From Corallochytrium limacisporum Hawaii (lineage: Eukaryota > Protista > Pluriformea): a stretch of DNA of 63,055 nt. Below are positions 21,160-32,163 of the stretch, one piece after another (position 1 is the stretch's first letter; every line of letters starts with the position of its first letter). The notes beneath the pieces were generated by a model, which saw only the letters and a list, made by a program, of their open reading frames with translations, searched no databases and was not told the origin of the DNA. A program made the position numbers and the translations under genes. Where the stretch lies: positions 134,150 to 197,204 of the forward strand of contig PDIP01000009.1 in assembly GCA_002811645.1 (NCBI GenBank), read 5' to 3'.

Positions 21160-23514
21160 TCAAGGCTGTACAGCAACCTCGTCGCCGCCACTTATGAGAT
21201 CACCAGCTGGTTCACCAGGTTGCGGTAGTCGGAATCTTCGCGCAAACGTGTGGAATTGTAACCTTGGATGATTCTTGATGGCCCATTCGTACACGTGACG
21301 GTAGACGTCATCTTTGGGTCCATCATAGATGGGTTCGCTGGGAGGACCCTTGAGAAGACGCAAGGCCGGCCCCGGTCCGCTCTCATTGCTGACTGCCCGG
21401 ATCTTTGCATCGTTGCACATCATGGGCATACAAGTAAGGATCCATGGCGTTTTCTCTTTGTTTCGGCTCCACAGTGGAAGGCGCTCAAGAAGGCTTTGAA
21501 ATATGGTCAGATCCTTATTCTGCAAGCTCGCTAGGGCGACCATACAGCCAGGCCACATGTTCCGGCGCAGCAGGGGATATACGCGACAGGCGTGCTCCCA
21601 TTCGTGGATCAAATTCCTGACCGCGGTCTCTGTGTCGGGCTCCTGATGCATGCCATGCAATAGGGCATCATTGGTGGCTTCAAGAACTCTCTGAGGCCAT
21701 CCAAAAGATCTGGTTGTCATCGGACTGGCGACTCCGAGAATACGATATGTTTGGGACAGATCGGAGCTGCACCGCAGCATCAAGGTAATCATCTCAAGAT
21801 TCAGGGGCAGCTTTCGATCTAACATGCTCTCTACCATCAGGGAGCCCATTTCTCTGTCATCTGCTTTCGCAGCCCGATGTAAAATTGGTCTGTAAACCCA
21901 ATTAGGGACGGTTCTACCCTTGGCGTCACATGCCTGTTCAATATGTTGAACGATGTCTGTCAAGTCCTGCTGCTGTCCAACTTCATCATAGTGCTGCAGA
22001 AGGGGCCGCATGTTATCAATATCCTCGGATGTGCTCTTCGGTAAATGTTTGAGCATGTCCTCAATATCCGTGGGGCTGGTTACAATTCCTTCCTGAGCAA
22101 GTGCCCTCAACACTAGTAGTCGTATATCTCGCTTAATGCTCGCATGTTGGGACTTTACAATTCCGACCAACTCTTTGACGGGCAATGGTTCTCCAGCCAC
22201 ATAATTTAGATACTTACCGATCGCATACTCACTGGCGTTCAATGGACCCGTCTTTTCATTACATAAGCGCCATAGCGTGTCTGCTGTCTCATAGTCTTTC
22301 CGGTGAATACAAAAAATTTGCATCCGTAGTTGTAACTCTGGGCCAGCGGCATCCAGATGATCAGGGTTTGCTAGAAGGTGTTCAGTAACGGATGACAATT
22401 TGCGGACATGCTTGTTCTTTGCATACTTATCCCAAACATTGCAGATACTCTCACTGGTCAAGGCAGTTGCACCTGTCAATATGGATGCACGTAGTACATT
22501 GTCCTCAGTCATAGCGTCCATGCTCCGCTGCCCATTAAGAAGCCCCCCGAAGTCCTTCCTCTGAATACGAGCTCCCTTGCTACCCCATTGATCCATGATC
22601 GCAAGTAGCTCATTCGTTTCCCTGGAAGGCTTTGACTTTCCCGATTCCAGAACTGCTTTGAGATTGGCCGTTGACAGTGGCATTCCAAACTTCCGCGCCC
22701 ACGATGGTGCAAGTTTGATATCCTCTGTTTCCTGTCCGTGAGTCCGGAAGCGTCGCTCTTCGGCACCCATAGCCACGCTGTGAGCCAAGCGTCTCTTGAA
22801 AGCCTCTACAAGAGTTCGTAGCAGTTGCTCATCTTTCACATGTTCCTCAAGCACACGGTGGAGCTGGGCGATCAGGCGATCAGTACCCACTCCCTTACCT
22901 TCTGATCCAATGATCTTGTATGCCGTATCTGTTGGGCCCGTCATTCTCCTGAACATCCACCCTGGGGTATCGCTTCTCTCACGAGCACCTAACGGAAGGT
23001 TCCGCAGTTGGCTTTCGATGATTTCGGCGGCGTGGTCTTGAACTAGGTTAGTGTCTTCGCTGAAGATCGCAAGCAACACCAGAAATTGTCGGGCCAAGTC
23101 CCGAGGAATCGTCACCCCAAAGCGTTGCACACGATGCATAACTTCACAACTGGTACGCACAACCTCTTCCCTTTCAATATCGTACGAGGGCAATCGCTTC
23201 AAGAAGTCTGAAATCCGGGACAAATTAATAGACTTCCCTTGACGATCTAGGACTTTATGAACCTTGTTCCGGTCATTCTGGAAGTCCGAACGATGAGTTT
23301 TTTCCATTTTGGCCAATGTCTTGGCTCTTGCGCTCCCTTGAGACTTTGGACGGAATGTTAGTGGGTCATGGCCTACAGCAGGAAGCTTTGCTACTCTATA
23401 ACCCTTAGACGGCCCGCGTCTGGGTTCTGTTGAGTATGCCTGGAGTGCAGTAGTTACTATTAAAGGCCTGCGTAACTGCTCAAGCGGCATTCGGAGCGCC
23501 AGCGCTCTGATCAT
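21160..23514 (-). CDS. Uncharacterised helical protein, probably mitochondrial (about 784 aa)
   Basis: Long ORF. The likely start MIRALALRMPLEQLRRPLIVTTALQAYS looks like a mitochondrial presequence. Helical Leu/Arg-rich composition with weak PPR-like segments; no family recognised. Confidence 0.7.
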   Translation of the reverse strand: MIRALALRMPLEQLRRPLIVTTALQAYSTEPRRGPSKGYRVAKLPAVGHDPLTFRPKSQGSARAKTLAKMEKTHRSDFQNDRNKVHKVLDRQGKSINLSRISDFLKRLPSYDIEREEVVRTSCEVMHRVQRFGVTIPRDLARQFLVLLAIFSEDTNLVQDHAAEIIESQLRNLPLGARERSDTPGWMFRRMTGPTDTAYKIIGSEGKGVGTDRLIAQLHRVLEEHVKDEQLLRTLVEAFKRRLAHSVAMGAEERRFRTHGQETEDIKLAPSWARKFGMPLSTANLKAVLESGKSKPSRETNELLAIMDQWGSKGARIQRKDFGGLLNGQRSMDAMTEDNVLRASILTGATALTSESICNVWDKYAKNKHVRKLSSVTEHLLANPDHLDAAGPELQLRMQIFCIHRKDYETADTLWRLCNEKTGPLNASEYAIGKYLNYVAGEPLPVKELVGIVKSQHASIKRDIRLLVLRALAQEGIVTSPTDIEDMLKHLPKSTSEDIDNMRPLLQHYDEVGQQQDLTDIVQHIEQACDAKGRTVPNWVYRPILHRAAKADDREMGSLMVESMLDRKLPLNLEMITLMLRCSSDLSQTYRILGVASPMTTRSFGWPQRVLEATNDALLHGMHQEPDTETAVRNLIHEWEHACRVYPLLRRNMWPGCMVALASLQNKDLTIFQSLLERLPLWSRNKEKTPWILTCMPMMCNDAKIRAVSNESGPGPALRLLKGPPSEPIYDGPKDDVYRHVYEWAIKNHPRLQFHTFARRFRLPQPGEPAGDLISGGDEVAVQP

Positions 23515-24246
23515 GTTTGCTTCTGAGCAGAATATCAACCTAGACCTACCGCATGATTCGTGCGCAATAGTACATCGGTCAGTAGGCAACCCTTTCTCAC
23601 AATTACTCCCGTTTACAAACTTTACATGCAAGAGGCGTATATGAATGTTAGTACACTGCTGCATTAATTTATTGAATCCCATTGGTCACCAAGTACCTTG
23701 GCCCGACAAGCCTTGCAAAGATTCTTGCAATCCTAAATGAGACCTCCATGAGGGCACTAGACCCGCCCGTGGCAGTCCATGGTCCCCCTCCAAATTCCCT
23801 CTCCCCCGCCGGGCCGGACAGGGACCATTCACTATAGCGGCAAGTCCAAGAATGTTAAAAAGGTCCGGATATTGGAGAGAACCCCATCGTCTGGACAAAG
23901 CAAGTAGATTTGATATGGAACTCCATGGGTCAGGCGTTTTCTCTATAGGGTTTAACCAATTTGCGCGCGAAGGATTCAAGTAGGGAGTTTACATCCGAGG
24001 TCGTGTACGGCGTACATGACAAATATACGGTATCGTTCATGAGATGGATCCAATGTGAACCATACTGAAAGAATTCTAACAGGTAGAAGTGGACTCGAAC
24101 TTGAATCACGAGCCTTCCACAAGAATAGCGCTCACACGCGAGAACACTAAGCTGTGCCCGTACCAACACACGCTATTGGTTCGTACGCGGGGTCGTGACC
24201 TGCAATGGGACTGATAGACATTACCAGGTGACCAAACATATCCATT

Positions 24247-25503
24247 ATGGCCTTGGGTTTTTTGCATGCGCCAAGGGCATCTTCATCTGCAACACGAATA
24301 ATGTGTCGCCAGGTGAGGTTCCGTACTGCTATGGCTCCAGAGTTTTACCAAATCAGGAAACGGGAACCAGAGTTCGCGCCTGAGATCAACCCACTGAAAG
24401 TACCACTCTCGGGCCGCTATAGGGGACAGGAGGGCATCATTCAAAGCGATCACTACTCAGAGTGCCATATTCCCCAGTCGATTTTGCGTCCCAAGAAAAC
24501 GATCAGTGGTAAGCGGTGGTATGTGCTCAACCAGGATGAGTGCAATGAGCACAACCAACGTGTCCGCTATGCCAGCGTCAATACCATCCTGGATGCTACC
24601 AAACCTGACCATATCAAATTTGCATTGCACCGATGGCGCAAAGCAAAGATTGCCGAACTCGGGGAGGAAGGGTTTAAGAAATTCTCATCGGGAATAATGA
24701 CCGGAGGGTCCCGATTCCACAAACTAATCGAGCTGTATTTGCAAGGTGGACGAAAGTCCATCCCAGAGCACGATATGACTCTGTTCAGCTGGTTTGTGAA
24801 TTGTAAACCCATCCTTGACCAGATTGAGTTTGTCACACACGTCGAAACGACCGTGATTCATCCTCAAATGGGCTATGCCGGCACATGTGATTGTGTAGCT
24901 ATGTACAACGGACACCTGTGTGTAGTCGACTGGAAGACACGGGCCAGTGGAAGTCGCAAAGATCACATTCGAGACACATATGACAATCCAGTTCAGATTG
25001 CAGCTTATGCCGGAGCAATCAATGCCGACCGTCTTTATGACGAACGTATCACTGCAGGCCTGCTTGTGATCAGCTACCCGGACCAGCCTCCAAGTATCCA
25101 TTTCATAGAGCCGGATAAGTTGATACAGTACTGGCAACAATGGGCAACTCGCGTCACAGAGTACTACAATAGTGGAGCACAACTACCACAGACTGCTTCT
25201 ATGGCTGATGCATCAGATGAGGAGGAAATTTGCGTAAAGTCACCAACTCCGTCAGCATCGGCATCCACAATGACACCGTCACGGTCATCAGCGTCAGCAA
25301 CACAATCAATCGCATCCAAGAAACAGACACCAGTGGCAACAAGGAAAACGCCAGTGTACCGCCGTGATGAAGGCCTGGAGGAGCCTGAGTTTAAGCCTAT
25401 GTTTTTGGGCAGTCCGCCTCCAAGCACGACAGCAACCCGCACAACATCGGCTCGGTCTTATTCACGACATGCAAAGAGCAGCGCAAAAGTCACACGAACA
25501 TAA
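24247..25503 (+). CDS. MGME1: Mitochondrial genome maintenance exonuclease 1 (PD-(D/E)XK nuclease)
   Basis: SVNTILDAT, L.RW...KIAELGEEGF, G..FH..IE, E..V.HP.MGYAG..DCVA.Y.G.LCVVDWKT, TYDNPVQIAAYAGAIN. Ser/Thr-rich C-terminal tail. Confidence 0.93.
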   Translation: MALGFLHAPRASSSATRIMCRQVRFRTAMAPEFYQIRKREPEFAPEINPLKVPLSGRYRGQEGIIQSDHYSECHIPQSILRPKKTISGKRWYVLNQDECNEHNQRVRYASVNTILDATKPDHIKFALHRWRKAKIAELGEEGFKKFSSGIMTGGSRFHKLIELYLQGGRKSIPEHDMTLFSWFVNCKPILDQIEFVTHVETTVIHPQMGYAGTCDCVAMYNGHLCVVDWKTRASGSRKDHIRDTYDNPVQIAAYAGAINADRLYDERITAGLLVISYPDQPPSIHFIEPDKLIQYWQQWATRVTEYYNSGAQLPQTASMADASDEEEICVKSPTPSASASTMTPSRSSASATQSIASKKQTPVATRKTPVYRRDEGLEEPEFKPMFLGSPPPSTTATRTTSARSYSRHAKSSAKVTRT

Positions 25504-26006
25504 ACCCATCGACGATGTCCCGAGACACTGATCATAGGCACCATCGGGACCAGCACCACTGGTCTCATTAAACCAGATACATGTCCGTAGCATACGAATC
25601 CATTCGTCTAGCCTGCATGATGTAGTTACAAACGGCTTACCCTTCAACATGGCCCACTTCGCAGTCCGATCCCCCCTCCCTTCCCCCTCCCACTGACCCC
25701 AAGGGCCAGCATCACTTGCGGCGAAAATCCTGGGAGGGGCACCAGTCCTAGGCTGCTGGGAGGGAGGAAACGGATCGAGGGGAGCAGGCGGGAAGTGGTC
25801 GGCAGAGGCAGGAATTTCAGCCAGTACCAGCGAAACCGGGATCGATGGGCAGAAGCCCCACGCGACGAAATGAGAACGATGCCAGATTTTTTTTTTCATC
25901 TTTTTTTTTTCCTTTATGTGGACTTCTGTTTCCGCTGCCTGTCCCATGGTCGATAGGGACCCAACCGACCGGAAGACCAGTCCTCTCTTCCCCCCCCCCC
26001 CCCCCC

Positions 26007-26112
26007 NNNNNNNNNNNNNNNNNNNNNNNNNNNNNNNNNNNNNNNNNNNNNNNNNNNNNNNNNNNNNNNNNNNNNNNNNNNNNNNNNNNNNNNNNNNNNN
26101 NNNNNNNNNNNN
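26007..26112. other. Assembly gap (106 N)
   Basis: Run of N with the same GGAAGACCAGTCCTCTCTTC(C)n sequence on both sides. Confidence 0.99.
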
Positions 26113-27035
26113 GGAAGACCAGTCCTCTCTTCCCCCCCCCCCCCCCCGGCGGGAATGTAAGCTTTCGTTCTCCCCTAACTTCACCCCGACTCGGTTATTA
26201 CACGTCCTCCTTTATTTCTTTTTTCTATTATACATTCTACCACCTAGGACCCCATCCGAGCCCGTCCCCGGTGATGGTCTGAAGCCCATCTTCCTGTAGT
26301 GATGGCCATCAAGAGCCCAAAAAAAAACAGGGGGGTTGGGGGGCCAAATAGCCCCCTTTTTAAGAGAAGGGTACAACCTCCTTCCCCCGGCCTTCCTTTT
26401 TCCCCAAGGTCAGAACATATCGGGGAGTGGGAGGCCGAAGAAGAAGAACAGGAAAAGCACGAGTAACACAATGATGAAAGCACAAGCGAACCGAAGGATA
26501 AAACGGGAAGAGGAACAGGAAAGAATGCAGCTGATAGGAACCCAGCGGTCTTGGCCGCCACCACTCCCCCACCGGAAATACGCGTGCAGCACCAGAGCAG
26601 AAAGAAAAAGGGAAGGTGTGCCGGGGTTTACGTAAGTCGGTTCCTTCTTAGTGTTCAAACACTGAAGCAGGCTGCGTGCTCAATGCTATGGAAATATTGG
26701 TGCCTACACGCAGTGACGGAAGAGTGGTGTGTCTGTGGTGCAGAAAATGGAAACTGACAACCGACGGAGCGAGACAACGTGTCAGAAAGAAGGGAAAAGG
26801 ATAAAAATGGCATTGGACGGGTCCAGAGCCGGTACGGACACAGAACACTACCGTCAAAGGGTATCTAAATGTCCAGTATTTTTTGGAAACCGTTCTAAAT
26901 TCCGCAGATTCATCTTATTGCATAGAGTAGTAACGTAGATCTATCAGGACTTATTTAGGGCCTCTGCCTGGGAAAGGATAGTCGAAACAAAGGAGACACG
27001 TAGTAACACGTGACTCAGAATCGACACGACTAAAC

Positions 27036-27971
27036 ATGGCCACTGCCACAGTAACCGCCAAGGGGCCGAAACAGACTTCCGCCACGGCCACCCTGGCCAC
27101 TAAGGCGGAACACAGTCCTTCACGGAAACTGTTCAACCAGATCTTTTCTGGTTTTGTTGCGGGTTCGACCGAGTTGATCATTATGTACCCCTTAGATGTA
27201 GCTAAGACAAGAGCACAATTGGCGGTTGGGTCACAACGTGGTCCTGGACTGATCAGCACCCTGGCCAAGGCCGCTCGCGAGGAAGGCTTCGCTGTGTACC
27301 GTGGCATTGGCTCCGTGCTGACCGCCGAGGGACCGAAACGGGCCATGAAATTTACCTCCAACGAACAATTTAAAAACTTCTTTGCCACAACGCGGAGTGA
27401 TGGCACCAAGCTCGTGACACAGTCTACGGCCACCTACGCTGGCATTCTCTCAGGCATCTCCGAAGCTTTCATCATCACGCCCTTCGAGCATGTCAAGATT
27501 CGCATGCAGCAGAAGGGATCGTCAGCTCTCTACAAGAATAGTGCGGATTGCTTGAAGCAGATCAACCGGGGATACGGACCACTGATGGTTTACCGCGGTC
27601 TGGAGGCCACCTGCTGGCGCCATGGTGCGTGGAATGGTGGTTACTTTAGCGTAATCTTTAGCATTCGTCAGTATGTTAGCAACGGCCAGGTTTCGAAAGA
27701 TCCCCTAACAAATCTGGCAATCGGTACTGCAGGAGGTATCTTTGCTACTGCTGTGAATACTCCGTTCGATGTGGCCAAGAGTCGGATACAGTCCTCTCCG
27801 CTCGATAAAAAGGTTGGATGGACCGTGCCTAAGGTGTTTGAGATTGGCCGCGCCGAGGGTCTGGCAGCTCTATACAAGGGGTTCGTGCCCAAGGTCGCGC
27901 GTTTGGGACCTGGGGGTGGTATTATGCTCGTTGTCTTTGACGCGGTGATGTCTTTTCTAGACCGGTTTTGA
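27036..27971 (+). CDS. SLC25A21: Mitochondrial 2-oxodicarboxylate (2-oxoadipate/2-oxoglutarate) carrier
   Basis: Three Px(D/E)xxKxR repeats (PLDVAKTR, PFEHVKIR, PFDVAKSR) plus ODC-type EGPKRAMKF, RHGAWNGGYF and RLGPGGGI. Confidence 0.88.
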   Translation: MATATVTAKGPKQTSATATLATKAEHSPSRKLFNQIFSGFVAGSTELIIMYPLDVAKTRAQLAVGSQRGPGLISTLAKAAREEGFAVYRGIGSVLTAEGPKRAMKFTSNEQFKNFFATTRSDGTKLVTQSTATYAGILSGISEAFIITPFEHVKIRMQQKGSSALYKNSADCLKQINRGYGPLMVYRGLEATCWRHGAWNGGYFSVIFSIRQYVSNGQVSKDPLTNLAIGTAGGIFATAVNTPFDVAKSRIQSSPLDKKVGWTVPKVFEIGRAEGLAALYKGFVPKVARLGPGGGIMLVVFDAVMSFLDRF

Positions 27972-28104
27972 GGTAAACACATTCCGTAAAGAAAACGAGA
28001 CACGTGTAACTTAAGAATCCATTAAAACTCATCACAATTGATACTGTATATAAAATGTGCTTGATTTGAAAGCGCCAATCGAACAAGTTTGTGACCGTCT
28101 CTGC

Positions 28105-29334
28105 CTAGGGATGGTAGATTTTCAATCGACGAGAGACGGTCATGCGGCAGACAGGGCATGTCACTAGCCTTTCTGCACAGTGATCGCAGGCACAGAAATG
28201 GGCACATTCGAGCAGCAACATTGCCCGCGGCCGTTCCTGGCACACTACGCACTCCCCGACTACGAATGAGCTGGTGTCGTCAGCATCGGAGCCGTCGAGA
28301 CCCTCCTGCTGCTCCTGCCTCCTGCGCTCTGCACGAGCCTCCAGCTCTTCTCGCCAGCGCCGGATCTCTTCGGCTTCAGCACGCTGCCGCCACCACCTCC
28401 TCAGATACACCGCGAGCATCACCAGTCCGAGCAGACCAAGTCCGCGCGACAGCCAGCGCAGGATACGCGTAGAACTGCGTTCGTCCGCAATGATTTCGTT
28501 CAAGGTCTTGCGACTTATGTACCATGACAGCCCTGACTCTGGGGCGCCGATAGAGACAATATGGTTGACGGCGGTTTTGCTACTGCCTGCAATCTGGGAC
28601 CGTGCAATCTTTGTGCCAAGACCACTGTGTGCTGCATACGCTGTACCAATGACGGTCAGTGTGTCTCCGGTGCGGATGGCCCTTTGGGTCTCCTCAAAGC
28701 CCTTTAGGCGCTCACCGATCATGTAACCAGTCACTTCGGTGGCGATTCTTGCGGCGTGATGGTCACGTTCACGGGCTCTACCCGTGCTAGTATTGCTACC
28801 GAGTGTTTTGCCGCCATGTATCGGACTGTACTCATGGAAGACAGTCTGCATAGCCTTGTCATCGACAGGGCCCGTGATCCGGACGAAAGGACCCTTCAAT
28901 GTCTCCTTCCGGCCGTCATGGGCTTGTGGCTGTGTGAATTTGACATTGGTTACCAGGCCAAACGGCACTGATTGATCTGTGCGGCGGATTTCGTGCTCCG
29001 AGTCCTCCCACTGACGCTTGCGCTCATTCCACTTCGCTGTGTGCTCCGTCAGTGTGGTGCGAAGGAAGAGGATTGATCTATGCCCGTCGTGGTCGATCTC
29101 ATGGTTAGGCTCTTCGGAGGCAACTCTTCCCCTGACCGCTACATACGGGATTTCACCGTACGGGTTGTTCTGGACATTCTGCACGAGCTCGTCGAGGCTC
29201 TTGGGCACGTACGCTTGCTGTAGATTCTGGACGTCTTTTTCCTTGGCTTCGCAGGCCCAATGGCTGATCAGTGACAGTCCTGCAGACGCAACGGCCGCAA
29301 AAAGCAGCCCATCTGCGCCGTTGACAATTGACAT
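28105..29334 (-). CDS. MUL1: Mitochondrial outer-membrane E3 ligase MUL1/MAPL (GIDE domain + RING)
   Basis: N-terminal TM, PYVAVRG.V, GER.KGFEET, second TM, C-terminal RING CVVC...CAHFCACDHC...CPVCR. Confidence 0.88.
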   Translation of the reverse strand: MSIVNGADGLLFAAVASAGLSLISHWACEAKEKDVQNLQQAYVPKSLDELVQNVQNNPYGEIPYVAVRGRVASEEPNHEIDHDGHRSILFLRTTLTEHTAKWNERKRQWEDSEHEIRRTDQSVPFGLVTNVKFTQPQAHDGRKETLKGPFVRITGPVDDKAMQTVFHEYSPIHGGKTLGSNTSTGRARERDHHAARIATEVTGYMIGERLKGFEETQRAIRTGDTLTVIGTAYAAHSGLGTKIARSQIAGSSKTAVNHIVSIGAPESGLSWYISRKTLNEIIADERSSTRILRWLSRGLGLLGLVMLAVYLRRWWRQRAEAEEIRRWREELEARAERRRQEQQEGLDGSDADDTSSFVVGECVVCQERPRAMLLLECAHFCACDHCAERLVTCPVCRMTVSRRLKIYHP

Positions 29335-30000
29335 CTAAGGATGTACTATGTTCTATGCTATTTCCATGGTATCTATCAGATTCCTGGCCCCTGGTTTGAT
29401 CGTTGGCTATCCATCGACATGGGATCTGCACGGCATGACCACAAGTGTTGTATATTCAGTGTTGATCCCTCATATTCTACTGAAAAGTAGTTTAACAACG
29501 CTCGAATTGCAAATCCAGAAGCCTAAAGCCAGGCAGGGCCTCCAAGTCCACCACTGCTTGCTGGTCACAAGACTCCAGCAAGCACGTTCTCTGCCAAGAA
29601 CGCCGCTCTCTCGAGACAAACCCCTCCGACTCCCCACCGGCCCATCGGCCGCAAATAGTACAGTCGTGTGATACGGAATCGGGCCAGGGGTTAGCTCCAT
29701 CCAAACTTTTGTTGCCCATCGCTCTCCCCGCCCTTCTCCTGCCTCTCCGTTGTGACCCAGATCCGCCCGGCCAGTCCGAACGCCCTGGTGCTAAATTGTT
29801 GTGGGCTTGGGTGTTTGTGCATTTCGGTCGGTGCTTTTTGGTTCAGTGGCACATCCGTTGACGAGCATGACCAGAATTTATTTGTTGTCCAAAGTACGTT
29901 GGGTGTTTCAGGACTTGACCAAATTTTAAGTGGACATGTAATAGCACGAGATGAAGTTGAACCCTGAGTGTTACTTTACGCTTCGCCGTGAATCAATTCG

Positions 30001-30987
30001 ATGCGCCTGCTTTGCGTTGCTTGTCCCAGAAATCTGCGAAGTGGAAACACGCACAACTATTTACTAACACAACATATAAGGAGAGGGTGTCACAGGGGGC
30101 AGAACAGAAATATGCTTGGCTCTGGGCCACACAAGAAATGCCGCAATACGTCTTACAAGGGTAGTGAGAACTCAGTGGATCGCACGCCGGTTCCGGATGA
30201 CAAGACTAGCTGGCAGCTTTCGTGGCCTGACTACAAACCAGTCGAATTCACCGATCCCAAGGTGCTAGCAGGGCCTGTATGGGCCGATCCGGTTGACCCC
30301 AAGGGCATCAAGTACAACACTCTGGACAGCAACACAGGGATCAACCGGTTGTCACATGGCGGCACCTATGAAGTACATCAGACCACAGGGGCACCTTTAA
30401 ACCCGCAAGGCCGAACTGGCATTTGTGGGCGTGGACTTTTGGGTCGATGGGGCCCGAATCATGCCGCAGATCCGATCGTTACGCGCTGGAAGCGTGACGA
30501 GAACAGAGAGAAGATTTTCGGCAGCGATGGCAATCCAATCCTTCAGTTTGTGGCCATCCAACGCAAGGACACAGGAGAATGGGCGATTCCAGGCGGCATG
30601 GTTGAGGCTGGGGACACCGTGAGTGCAACGCTCAAGAAGGAATTCGGTGAAGAGGCCCTGAACTCGCTCGAGTGGGACGAGGAGCGCAAGACGAAGTTGT
30701 GTGCGAAAGTTGAAGAAATTTTGAGCGATGGTCGTGGAGAGCGGATATTTGCCGGTTACGTTGACGATCCCCGCAACACAGACAACGCATGGATGGAGAC
30801 AGTGGCAGTGAATTTCCATGATGAAGTAGGGGCTGCTTTTGATCAAATCACGCTTCACGCAGGAGATGACGCAGGACAGGTGAAGTGGGTTGACATCCGC
30901 GCCGACATTGCGCTGTATGCCAGCCACGCAAACTTCATCCGTGCCGTAGCTAAACTGAGGCATGCATCAGAGAATGCTCAGTCGTAA
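30001..30987 (+). CDS. NUDT9: ADP-ribose pyrophosphatase NUDT9 (mitochondrial type)
   Basis: NPQGRTG..GRGLLGRWGPNHAADPIVTRWKRD, WAIPGGMV...TLKKEFGEEAL, GYVDDPRNTDNAWMET, AGDDA, LYASH. Confidence 0.96.
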   Translation: MRLLCVACPRNLRSGNTHNYLLTQHIRRGCHRGQNRNMLGSGPHKKCRNTSYKGSENSVDRTPVPDDKTSWQLSWPDYKPVEFTDPKVLAGPVWADPVDPKGIKYNTLDSNTGINRLSHGGTYEVHQTTGAPLNPQGRTGICGRGLLGRWGPNHAADPIVTRWKRDENREKIFGSDGNPILQFVAIQRKDTGEWAIPGGMVEAGDTVSATLKKEFGEEALNSLEWDEERKTKLCAKVEEILSDGRGERIFAGYVDDPRNTDNAWMETVAVNFHDEVGAAFDQITLHAGDDAGQVKWVDIRADIALYASHANFIRAVAKLRHASENAQS

Positions 30988-31599
30988 ATGTGAACATGAT
31001 ACAAACATCATCCACGTACCGACGACCATAATACATCAGTGCCCACTCAACACAATCCTCGAAAATGATATGTCACTTGGGACCGATATAGGGCCCCGCG
31101 CAATTTTCTCTGTACCCTCATTCAGAATCGCTCCTCGTCGCTTTTCCTTCAGCCGTGGGGGACCCTGAGAGTTCCCAAAACATAGGACAAGAGAGCCCCC
31201 AGGAGTGGGGAGGTGAGCGACCCGACGGGTTGACTCCGATCCCCCATTGGTGAAGAGGGAAGAATGCGGGAACGACGGACGGCCACCCGGACCCGATTAA
31301 GTCAACACCCCCTATCGCCCAAGGCGGGACAGTAGCGGTGGTGGCCCCCCCCATGGATGTCTTCGTAGTTTCGGCGTATCTGCTGTAATGGTGTGTATGG
31401 TATTTCAACCGTATATAAGACTATCGTATAGGTTTCACTACTGTACATTCATTGTTTTGAATTAGGTGCTAGTGGCAGAGGGTTTGAGCTTTTTTGCGAT
31501 CGAAGTAAACCCAATCATTCTCCTTCTCAGTGCCATCAAGAGCAACTTGTTTTGTACACATAGAGCAGAAAATAAGTGGAACAAACAGAATTTGTAGAG

Positions 31600-32088
31600 A
31601 TGGCGGGCTGTTTAGACGGTTTCAATTTGGCGGATCTGAAGGAAAATTTCATCCTCCCTGATTGGTTGCATGACGCACGAAACTCAATTGCGTCCTATAT
31701 CTCTGGAGCGTTCTTTGGGATTGCATGGTGGCTCTTGATCGATGCTCATGCCACAGACCCCTCAATGAATGGTGCGTTTTATGTATGCGGTGTTGTTAGC
31801 ACGCTCAGCCTGTTCATGGTGAATGCATTAAGCACAGGAGCCATAGATGAAAGCGGCTACGGAGGGTTCGGAGAAGGTTTCAGCCCGAAGGCGGCTCGGG
31901 CCTGGCTCCTCATGGGATTTATTCTGCTTTTCTCTGGTATCATTTCCAGCGCATGGATCATGTTTGCTGATTACATTGTGCCTGGCTCTGATAAGCAATG
32001 GACGGGCATTGCGCTCTTCCTGCAGAACGTACTCATCTTCCTGGCCGCATTAATCTTCAAATTTGGACGTGTTGACGACGAGTCTTAA
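31600..32088 (+). CDS. TMEM50: TMEM50/Vps68 (UPF0220) membrane protein
   Basis: RNSIASYISGAFFGIAWWLLIDA, AR.WL..GF, GIALFLQNVLIF...IFKFGR. ATG at 31600. Confidence 0.92.
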   Translation: MAGCLDGFNLADLKENFILPDWLHDARNSIASYISGAFFGIAWWLLIDAHATDPSMNGAFYVCGVVSTLSLFMVNALSTGAIDESGYGGFGEGFSPKAARAWLLMGFILLFSGIISSAWIMFADYIVPGSDKQWTGIALFLQNVLIFLAALIFKFGRVDDES

Positions 32089-32163
32089 ATGAAAAAAGTC
32101 ACCAAACGTTTGGCATCATAGTAATTCAAATTTCATCATTACATTTTCCAATAGACAAATCTA

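Noticed and set aside
25971-26147. Direct repeat GGAAGACCAGTCCTCTCTTC(C)n on both sides of the N gap
   Set aside because: Most likely overlapping contig ends broken at a poly-C run, not a true repeat or target-site duplication.
26633-26908. Possible 5' UTR intron before the ODC gene (GTAAGT...TTCCGCAG), with similar GTAAGT hits near 614 and 36538
   Set aside because: There is no strict branch site and no reading-frame test is possible; transcript data are needed.
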